This document shows, in pieces, positions 26,580 to 36,353 of a stretch of 64,000 nt of DNA (position 1 is the first letter of the stretch; each line of letters opens with the position of its first letter). The notes under the pieces are model-generated. The model searched no databases. It was not told where the DNA came from and worked only from the letters and a program-made list of their open reading frames with translations. The position numbers and the translations under genes were made by a program. This DNA is from Malacoraja senta. Its lineage: Eukaryota. Location of the stretch: positions 682,001 through 746,000 of the forward strand of contig CM075989.1 of NCBI GenBank assembly GCA_038087875.1, written 5' to 3'.

Positions 26580-27775
26580 ATGAGAGAGAAATGGGTAACT
26601 AGAGAGAGAGTGGGAGCCCTCAGTAATCAAAGCTACAGGAGATTTGAAAAGTCATTAATGAGTATTTCACCTCTGTATATACCGAGGAGAAACACAGGAG
26701 GACGGAGGAACCTGCGGAAGTCAATGGAAGTGTCTTGAGAGCAGTTCATGTTAAGGTCGAAGAGATGCTGATGGTACTGTCGTGCATGAAGGTAGACAAA
26801 TCTCTATGGCCTGATCATATATTTCCGAGGACATTGTGGGAAACTAGCGATGCTTTTGACAGAGCCCAGGCTGAAATTTACGAGTCATTGGAGGGTGGCA
26901 AATGTTGTGCCTCTATTCAACAAGGGCTGCAGGAAAATGCTGGGAACTATAGGCCAGTGAGCTTAACATCTGTCGTTGGAAAGTTACTCAAGAGTATTCT
27001 GAGTGAAGATAGTTTTGAAAAATTGCAGCAGGATCTGGATCGATTGGGCTGAGAAATGGTTGATGGAATTTAATACAGAAAAATATGAGGTGTTGCTTTT
27101 TTGGAAGTCTAATTTGGGCAGTGTTGCATCAGGGGAGTGTTGGAAAGCAGAGGGATATTCAAATGCATGTGCATGGTTCCTTGAAGGTTGAGTCGCAGTT
27201 AGATAAGGTAGTCTAAGTATTGTCAGAGTATTGAGTATAGAAGCTGGGAGGTCATGTTGCAGTTTTATTAGACGTTGATGAGACGGCATTTTGAGTATTG
27301 TGTTCAGTTCAGGGCACCATGCTATAGAAAAGATGTTATGAAGCTGGAAATGGTACAGAGAAGATTTAACTTTGCCAGGACTAGAGGGTGTGAGCTGTAG
27401 GGAGAGGTTGTTTAGGCCGGGACTCTATTCCCTGGAGTACAGGAGGATGAGGGGTGATCGTATGGAGGTGTATAAAATCACGAGAGAAATAGATCGGGTA
27501 GATGCACAGAGTCTCTTACCCAGAGAAGGTGAATTGAGGACAAGTGGACATATGTTTAAGGTGAAGGGGAAAAGATGTAATAGTGACCTAAAGGGTAACT
27601 TTTTCACACGAGGGTGGTGTGTTTATGTAACAAGCTGCCAGAGAAGGTGGTGCAGCTGGGACTATCCCAACTTTTAAGAAACAGTTAGACAGGTACATGG
27701 TAGGACAAGTTTGGAGGAATATGGACCAAATGCAGGCAGGTGGGACTAATGTAGCTGGGACATGTTGGGCCGAAG
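26580..27775 (+). mobile_element. Old, internally deleted CR1 fragment
   Basis: NYRPVSLTS and RERL..LYSLE remnants. Confidence 0.85.
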
Positions 27776-28346
27776 GTCTGTGGCTCTATGTTTCATTGCT
27801 GCCACTGATATCAGTGTTTATAGAATGCACAGAACAAATTAATGAAAGATATACAAAAAAGTAACAATAATAAAGAAAACATGCCATTGTTACCTGTGTG
27901 CTAGGTGAGAACGATTACAGACATTGCTTAGAGTCATAGAGTGATACAGTGTGGAAACAGGCCCTTCGGCCCAACTTGCCCACACCGGCCAACAATGTCC
28001 CAGCTACAATCGTCCCACTTGCCTGCTCTTGGTCCATATCCCTCCTAACCTAATACATTAATCCTGAACAATCCTGCCATAAACTAGCGTGGTCCCGGTT
28101 TTGCAACCTACTTCATTATGGATCTTGGATTTGTTTTCTCTAGAACTTTATTGCTATAACTGAAACACTATATTCTGAAATTTGTTATTTTTCTCTTTTC
28201 AACAACTGCTGTACTTGTGTACATTTAAACACAGTGGGTTGCTGAAGGCTACTGTGGACGAGAGGTGGGTCTTTGTGAGAGCAAGTTAATGAAACTGTGA
28301 ACATCGTCACTAATAACCATCTCTTTGGCCTCAGTTCCTCCAACAG

Positions 28347-28458
28347 ATGGGCAGAGGTTACCAGTAATCCCATTGTCTGCTGCAGCAGGGGTTGTGTTCC
28401 TGATCATCCTATCATCTGTGATTTGCTGCATTCTCAAATCCCGATGGAGAACAGACAG
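28347..28458 (+). CDS. Siglec-like receptor, exon 5: transmembrane
   Basis: HGQRLPVIPLSAAAGVVFLIILSSVICCILKSRWRTD; acceptor caacag| is conserved in the paralog; phase 1/2. Confidence 0.92.
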
Positions 28459-28957
28459 GTGGGTAGTTGTCCCCGTCCCTGAGATCCCCTCCATCCCTCC
28501 AACCCAATTCCAGCTGTTCAGTTCGTTCACGTTTATTTTCACACAGAGACACAGGGACATTTAAAAATCTTGCTTGCAACAACATCATAGACAAACATAC
28601 AAAAACAAATTATACTTATAATATTGAAAAGAAAATATCTCCATAAATGCTGCCTCACCCGCTGAATTCCTCCAGCATTTTTGTCTACCTTCGATTTTTC
28701 CAGCATTTGCATTTCTTTCTTGAAGATGCAAAATAATATATCATTGCAAAAACATAAATGAAAAATAAAACAAAACTAATCCATGGTCGTGCATGAGGTG
28801 GTCCGTAGTGTTCTGTTGTTGACGTAGGATGAGGGTTGTGCAGGTCGGTAGATTCAAGAGTGTTTAATTGCCACATGTACCAGTAATGAAAGGCTTATCT
28901 GCTGCAGCTTTACAGTCCCTTTAACAAAATAACACAAATGCATATATTGTCAATAAT

Positions 28958-31900
28958 TGTAAGATTAAACGATAACTTACCAGTTTAAAGTTTGAACTTT
29001 ATTTTATGAGGAGTTGCGATCAGTGATTACGTGAAGAACCCCGCAGTCCGCATGCGTGTCAATCTTAAAAGTAGCGGTGTGAAATCACAGATAACAGTAA
29101 TTGAAGTAACATAGTAAGATTAGAAACCTAGAACTACCAGATGACCAATGACAGATGGCGCAATGGGCTAAGTGTTCGGCTGGCAACCGGAACGTAGCCG
29201 GTTCGAATCCCGCTTGGAGTGCATACTGTCGTTGTGTCCTTGGGCAAGACACTTCACCCACCTTTGCCTGCGTGTGAATGTGTGTGAATGTGTGTGTGTG
29301 ATTGGTGGTGGTCGGAGGGGCCGTAGGCGCAGATTAGCAGCCACGCTTCCGTCAGTCTGCCCCAGGGCAGCTGTGGCTACAGAAGTAGCTCACCACCACC
29401 GAGTGTGACTGAGGAGTGAATGAATAATGCGATGTAAAGCGCCTTGGGTATTAGAAAGGCGCTATATAAATCCAATCCATTATTATTATTATTATTATAT
29501 GAGGGTTGGGAGTGGTGGTCACGTAATCACTCATCGTAATTCCTCATAAAATAAAGATCAAACTTCAAACTTGTAAGTTCTCGTTTAATCTTACTATTTT
29601 ACTTCGGAGTCACGTGAGTGATTCCGTGAAGATTTCAAAGCTCTGTGATTTCATGCCGTAGATACGAATCCAGGTGTCTCACTGCATCAATTGACTCAGG
29701 ATGAGTGAATAATAAACAATTCATTGAACCATGGAATTGATCTGAATCCATTAATGGTTTATTTAACAAAGCAAAACAATTGCGACCCCTCTCTTCCAGG
29801 GGGAAGCTATGAAACAGAACTTAAAATAGAATGGGCGAATACCCCCAGTTCGGTATGCGGTTTGTTATAGAACCATTGAAAAGTCAGTTCATTTGACCAA
29901 CCTGCGGCCAAGAGGATATGGTCGAGAGGGACGTCCATTGCCCTGGCTGCTGACGTTGATGCCACCCTGGTGGTGTGAGATTTAAAATTGTCAGTGTCTA
30001 CTCCTGCACAAACCAGAACCTGTTTCAGCCACCTGGAAATGGTCTGAAGCCACACTTTTATATGCGGCTTTTTGTGGCTAATAAATAATGCTGATTCCGA
30101 ACCTCTGAGGCTCTTGGTGACCTTGATATAATATTGCAAGTACGACACTACACAGTCGTAAATCCGTGGGGTATGCCGAAAAATAAGCTTGAACCCTGAC
30201 ACCCCTGGTCTGCTTTGCTTAATTAAATCATAAATGTAAAACGTAATGTTATTTCCAGATGATACCATCCTGTCCAGTCGCAGCTTCTGCAACGTCTGGA
30301 CCTGTTGCGCTGAAACCAGCGCCATGAGCATGACCACCTTAAGGATGATTTTGGGCAAAGACAGGGATGTGGCTGGAGCCCACTGGCGAAGCAGCTTGAG
30401 TACCATGCTCACATCCCAGATTTCAAAATACCTGGGCCTGGGGGGATTGGAATTAAAAATACCCTTCATAAACCGGGATATTAAAGGGTGAGATCCAACA
30501 GAATGTTGTTCCGACCCCAGTCATAAGTATGATGACAGGGCACTTCTGGCACTATTGATGGCACTATAGCTCAACCCTGCATCAAAAAATAGCCGCAGTG
30601 ATCATATCCACGGTACGATCGGATAGTCCAAGCCCCACGTATGGCCTCCTCAGAATCTGCAAATTAACAGATCAATACGGTCATGTAATGGATGTTGATC
30701 CCCAGTTACAGGGTGCACCAGTAGGTCACTACTTTTCAGGACAGCCATAATAGGCTGTGTAATTATTTCCAAAACGAGAGGGAACCATGGCTGTGTAGGC
30801 CAGTCGGGTACCACCAAAACTCCTGAGGTGGAGTCCTGTTTGATCTTGAGCAAGCACCGACTGATGAGGCAAAATGGGGGCAATGCATATAAAAACATTC
30901 CACCCCAGTGTAGCGAGAATGCATCTACCGCTACTGCCCCTGGGTCTGGTTCCCATGAGACATACTTCGGTAACTGGTGATTGAGTCTGGATGCAAACAA
31001 ATCGATATCTGGCATCCCATACCGAACAACAATATCATTAAATACATCATGATTCAACATCCATTCTGTGTTGTCATTGAATTTGCATGACCTGGTGTCA
31101 GCCACCATGTTGAATCTACGTGGTAGGTAGATAGCTGAAACCCAAATGGTTCTTGTAATACACCAGTGCCAAATAAGATTAGCCAATCTATCACAAGATT
31201 CCGACTTGATTCCACCCATGTGATTAACATACGCCACTGCCGTAGTGTTGTCAATCTGATGCTGAACATGCAAGTGACGTTTAGTAGTACAATAAGCCTG
31301 AAGCCCATAAAACGCTCCCAATAGCTCTAAATAGTTAATCCCATGTGATTGAAGAATAAATGTCTCATGCATATTCCATCTGCCTCCACAGCTAGAGATG
31401 GTATCAGTAGCACCCAACCTAGGGCACTAACATCAGTCTGTAAGACAACTGAAGGTTGTTCAAACAGAATATTGCCGGAGCAACTTGAGATGTTCATTAT
31501 CCACCACTGCCCTTCATCAATGGCTGCAGCTGGCAATTGCATGGGCCTGTTGAAATGACATGCATGCATCCTGAGTGCCTGCTCCTTTGCACGTTGTAAA
31601 TTTTGGTAATGCAAAGGTCCAAACTGAACAGCTGGAAAGGCAGCCACCAATTTGCCAATCAAGCTGGCCACATGTCTAATTGAAGGTTGTTGCTCCACCC
31701 TGAGCTTGTGACAGCCTTCAATTAAATCTAATCTCTTGCCCCTGGGCAGAGTCACTGACATGTGAGATGAGTTAATAGTGAATCCCAAATAACCAATAAC
31801 TCTAACTGCTGTCAATTTGGATTTAACTGGATGGATGAGAAACCCCAAAACTGGTTTAAACAGTTTTGTAAATAATCTAGGGGCTGAGGTTAACCCATTA

Positions 31901-33785
31901 GGCAGTGCTTTAAATTGCCATAATTGCCTCATCCAGCTAAATTTCAAATATCTCCGATGATCCCTATGAATAGGCATTGAGTAATATGCATCCTTAAGAT
32001 CTATACATGCCATATAACATCCTCTGGAAATCAGTTGTTTAGCAGTAACAAATGTTTCCATTTTGAAATGTTTATACTGCACAAAAGGATTAAGGCTCGT
32101 CGAGTCAAGAATGATTCGACACCCCCCATCCTTCTTTGACCTAGGAAAAATATTAGATACGAATTGGTGAGGTTGATAAACCGCCTTCTCAATTACCCCT
32201 TTTTAATATAACTTTTCAATTTCAGCTTGAACCTTCAAATTCTCTTTTTGTGAGAAAATGAGTGCCCGACTTGGTGTATGCTGTGTGGGTGGACGCAAAT
32301 TGGGAAGGAATTCAATTCGAAACCCTTGTATACTGCGCAGTATAAACAAATCTGATGTTATCCCATACCATTCCTTCAGAAACAAGTGTAATCTCCCCCC
32401 AACTTGTAGGTGATTCGCACTTAATATGTTCCGACAAGAACCAGACCCACCTGGTAACCGGTGGGATTTTCTGTCTCCTGTTTCTGGTGGGAAAGGACAT
32501 GTTCGCCCGTGTGCGCCAGCAGCGCATATTTGTGAATGGCCGGCTTGGTCCTTGACCTGACTTGGTTTCAGCAAACCGTTTGTAGGGATACTGCCGCCGA
32601 AGCGTTCTGCTGGTCATCGGTGCTTTGAAGAGTCCGACCATTCTTGCCTCGTCGTCCAGCTCCTTGACTCTTTTTGCGAGGTCTTCACCAAAGCAGATTC
32701 GGTGGCTGGATATTGCTGGGTTTGCACAGAGCGGCGAACTTTGGGTTGATGGTAGGGCGGATGGCGCTCTTTCTCAGACAATTTATCTCGAAGTGTGCAT
32801 TGCACATGAGGGCCAGGGCATCCTGCTGTACATCAGCCAGGTGCCCTCCATCCACCGACCTGGCGAACGCTGTAATGCCCGAGGCGAGCAGCTTCAGCAT
32901 CCTCTGAAGCCTCATTTCCTGAGCTCTGATGACTAGGCCCATATGACCCCCGATGGCGTGGTTCACAGCCGGCACTTTGAGCAGAACACAATTAGCCGGG
33001 GTCTCGTACTTTTTGGACGTTTCATCCATAGTAAGCTCTTGAAGCTGGTGTGAAGCCAAGTAATTAATACTTGCGGCCAACTCTTCACCCAGCGGTTCTC
33101 CTGAGTCTGTTGGGATGGTAAAACTTGCTGCCAGGAATGGTACCTCTGACTCGTGCCCTTCATCCCTTGGGGTATGCTCCATGGCTAAACCCACAGACTC
33201 GGCATCAGAATCATACTGAGCCGGCATGCTCTCCTCCTCCACGAGGGAGACATTAAGCAGCCCTGAAACAGGTGCCGCTGGCGCGGGCTCTCGAAGAGGC
33301 CGGCGCTGACTCAACTCCTCCTGTTGGAGTGTATCTTGGTGGAGCATCCTCTCCATTAGGATCATCCCGGCCCGACTCGTCCGAGTCCACTGGCCGTGCA
33401 GACTTTTTAGTGGCTTTCCGCCCACGGTGCTCTCAGACACCAAGTCTGCAGTCGCTGGTCGTACCGCTAGCGACTCGGTAGGTGAGCTAGGCGGCTGCCC
33501 GCTACCCGCACTCCCGCGGTCTTCCACAGCAACTCTCCCGGCGGCTCGCCTTGACTTCACCCTCGACGCTTTCTCCATACTCGTACTGCTCCTGAAAACA
33601 AGAATTACCAAGCGCAGAAAATGACCTCCGACTAAGTTTTACACTTACCTGAGAGTTTTTAAAACTTACCCCTGGAGGAGCGATGCACCTCCCAGCCGGT
33701 CGCTGCGCATGCGTGAGACGTAATGACACGCATGCGGTCTGGCGGGGTTCTTCACGGAATCACTCACGTGACACCGAAGTAAAAT
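28958..33785 (-). mobile_element. DIRS1-type retrotransposon copy B, near full-length (gag, RT, RNase H, methyltransferase-like domain, tyrosine recombinase)
   Basis: Gag at 32685-33578, RT at ~31327-32460, RH/MT at 30650-31440 (DLFAS, LPPF), YR at 29807-30590 (HTTR, AGW, FY). ~40-bp ITRs (29023-29060 vs 33724-33765) and an ICR at ~29520-29635. Confidence 0.95.
29150..29497 (+). mobile_element. tRNA-derived SINE with CORE-like domain and L2-type tail, nested in DIRS copy B
   Basis: A box tggcgcaatgg, B box ggttcgaatcc, gtgtccttgggcaagacactt, 3' stem-loop agcgcctt..aaggcgct and (TTA)n tail; absent at the equivalent site in DIRS copy A. Confidence 0.9.
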
Positions 33786-33849
33786 TTCCTCCCCGACAAG
33801 GAACATTTCTGATACTGTGGGTTAACAAAGTCTTTATTTCTGCTCTTAG

Positions 33850-33970
33850 ACCTCCAGTGGATGCATCGAGAACGGTGACAAGGGAGGAATCTGGAACCGT
33901 GCAGATGAGAGAGAGACAGATGCAGGAGGAACGTTATCAAATACACCACACACGGTCTGAAATAACCCAG
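33850..33970 (+). CDS. Siglec-like receptor, exon 6: cytoplasmic
   Basis: tctgctcttag| acceptor in phase 2; RPPVDASRTVTREESG...SEITQ; CAG|gtaata donor in phase 0; phases match both neighbours. Confidence 0.8.
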
Positions 33971-34102
33971 GTAATAACCATCCTGAGTGATGCCTGCCAC
34001 AGTTACTGTATTCCTTTCTCACTGGACATACACAGGTCACTGAGACTAAAGCAAGGTGGACACTGGTACAACACCACTCCACTTTTCCTGACCCAGCTCC
34101 AG

Positions 34103-34420
34103 TGGCCAGGGTGGCGCAGCGGTAGAGTTGTTGCCTTACAGCGCTTGCAGCACCAGAGACACGGGTTCGATCCTGATTACGGGTGCTGTCTGTGTGGAGT
34201 TTGTGTGTTCTCCCCGTGACTATGTGGGATTTCTCCGAGATCTTCGGTTTCCTTCCGCACTCCAAAGACGTACAGGTTTGTAGGTTAATTGTCTTGGAGT
34301 AAATGGTCTCTAGTTTGTGTAGTGTCCCTAGTGTTAATATGTGCGGATCGCTGGTCAGTGCGGACTCGTTGGACAGAAGGGCATGTTTCCGCGCTAAAAC
34401 TGAAAACTAAATTAAACTAT
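34103..34420 (+). mobile_element. HE1-like V-SINE (tRNA-derived)
   Basis: A box 34112, B box 34164, V-domain-like tgtgtggagtttg..ttctccccgtg..cactccaaagac, (AAACT)n tail. Confidence 0.9.
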
Positions 34421-34679
34421 CAAACCCAACACAGCTTGGGATCTGCAGCACCTCCAGCCGTGTGACATTCCCTCAGCAATGCCCCACAACAGACGGTCTC
34501 TCAGTACTGCCTGCGAGTGTCTGCCTTGGTTTCTGTGTTAAAGACACAGCAGGAGGGTCTTGAACCCAGAACCACCTCTCGGAGAGGTGGGAGTGTACTC
34601 CCCTGTGATCCCACCTGTCACCCTGAGACCGAAATCATACAATCAAACCCACTATTGATCAATGATTATCGGCATTTAT

Positions 34680-34991
34680 TTAGTTTAGTTTAGTTTAGTT
34701 TACTTTAGTGATACAGCGCAGAAACAGGCCCTTCAGCCCACCGAGTCCGTGCCGACCAGCGATTACCCATATACTAGCACTGTCCTGCACACTAGGGAAA
34801 AATTTATAGAAGCCATCTAACCTGCAAACCTGTATGACTTTGAAGCGTGGGAGGAAACTGGAGCACTTGGAGAAATCCCACAAAGGTCACGGGGAGAATG
34901 CACAAACTCCGTAGACAACATGCACAGTCAGGATTGAACCTGGAACTCTAGTGTTGTAAAGCAGCAACTCTACCGCTGCGCCACTGTGCCA
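34680..34991 (-). mobile_element. HE1-like V-SINE, antisense
   Basis: Reverse-complement homolog of 34103-34420 with a (TTTAG)n tail. Confidence 0.9.
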
Positions 34992-35084
34992 CTTATTGTG
35001 GGTGGAGTATTCTCCAGACCCATACATAGCAATTCCCAATTGTGCTGCCATTTATCACTCTGTCTATTTCCATTCCTTTCACAG

Positions 35085-35189
35085 GACAAAGGTCTGAAGG
35101 ACCCCAAAACCACGCTGAACATGAATCAACTTCATGAAGATATTTATGCAAACTGCCTGGTGGAAGATTCCATATATGCAAATGAATAA
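35085..35189 (+). CDS. Siglec-like receptor, exon 7: tyrosine-motif tail and stop
   Basis: ttcctttcacag| acceptor in phase 0; DKGLKDPKTTLNMNQLHEDIYANCLVEDSIYANE*; the joined CDS is 1320 nt = 439 aa. Confidence 0.88.
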   Translation, partial: DKGLKDPKTTLNMNQLHEDIYANCLVEDSIYANE

Positions 35190-35699
35190 TTGGATCAGGA
35201 ACAGGAAACGCACGTTCTGGGAATGGCACAAGAGAGGACTGCTTGGAATTCCAACATCTTCAGAGAAACCACATGAATTAGCGGCACAAATGAATCCCCA
35301 GAATCTCCATACACTCATCTCCCATTCCTGTGTCCCATATTTCCCTTTTATCCCCTCTTGCCTCTTCCACCCATATCCCTCCCTCTGGTTTGACATTTCA
35401 CTCCTCCTCCTCTCCTTATCTGACACCCTTTTATTTCACCCTCAGCCTTTGTGACTTACTCCACCCATCTGCCAATCACCCCCCTCCCCTGTGCCCCATC
35501 CCTTGTCCCAACCTACCTTTCTTTTTCCCACCAAATCCATCAGTCTGAAGAAGGGTCCCGACCCAAAACATTGACTGTCCATTCCCTCCAGAGATGCTGC
35601 CTGACCCGCTGAGCTACTTCAGCACATTTTTATTGCTTCAGTTTCCAGCATCTTCGGTCTCTTGTGTCTCCATTACAAAATCAAACTCCATCTTGTGCA

Positions 35700-36075
35700 T
35701 ATAGACAATAGACAATAGACAATAGACAATGGACAATAGGTACAGGAGTAGGCCATTTGGCCCTTCAAGCCAGCACCACCATTCAATGTGATCATGGCTG
35801 ATCATCCCCAATCAGTAGCCCATTCCTGCCTTCTCCCCATATCCCCTGACTCTGCTATTTTTAAGAGCCCTATCTAGCTCTCTCTTGAAAGCATCCAGAG
35901 AACCTGCCTGCACCGCGGAGGCATTCTCTGAGGCGGAGAATTCTCTGAGGCAGAGAATTCCACAGACTCACCACTCTCTGTGAGTAAAAGTGTTTCCTCA
36001 TCTCCGTTCTAAATGGCTTACTCCTTATTCTTAAACTGTGGCCCCTGGTTCTGGACACCCCCAACATCTGGAACA
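35700..36075 (-). mobile_element. CR1 3' end, antisense
   Basis: (GACAATA)n tail; TRGHSLRI..FYSQRVV motif. Confidence 0.9.
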
Positions 36076-36353
36076 TATATAATGATTTCAGCTCAATTGT
36101 CTTCTGTGGTAGACCACATCATAGGTTCAGCAATCATATGGTGAAGAAATGTCTCTACATCACAGTCTGAAATGGCCTATCCTGTATCCTGAGACTATGA
36201 CTCCTGGTTCTGGACTACCCACCATGACAAACGTCCTTCCTGCATCTGATCTGTTCAATATCATCGGAATTTTATAGTTTCAATTAGGTTCTCTCTCTTT
36301 CTTCTAAATTCCAGCAAATATAAACCCATTCTTTCAATTATCATTCTTATTAC

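Noticed and set aside
28335..28346. Alternative in-frame acceptor tcag| for the TM exon
   Set aside because: Absent in the paralog (tctg), so caacag| at 28346 is preferred; minor use cannot be excluded.
29807..31417. Phage-like integrase and adenine methyltransferase suggesting a prophage
   Set aside because: Both are normal DIRS1 retrotransposon domains within the ITR/ICR boundaries.
29150..34991. tRNA genes suggested by A/B boxes at 29156, 34112 and ~34980
   Set aside because: They are SINE heads with SINE bodies and tails, and no complete cloverleaf is evident.
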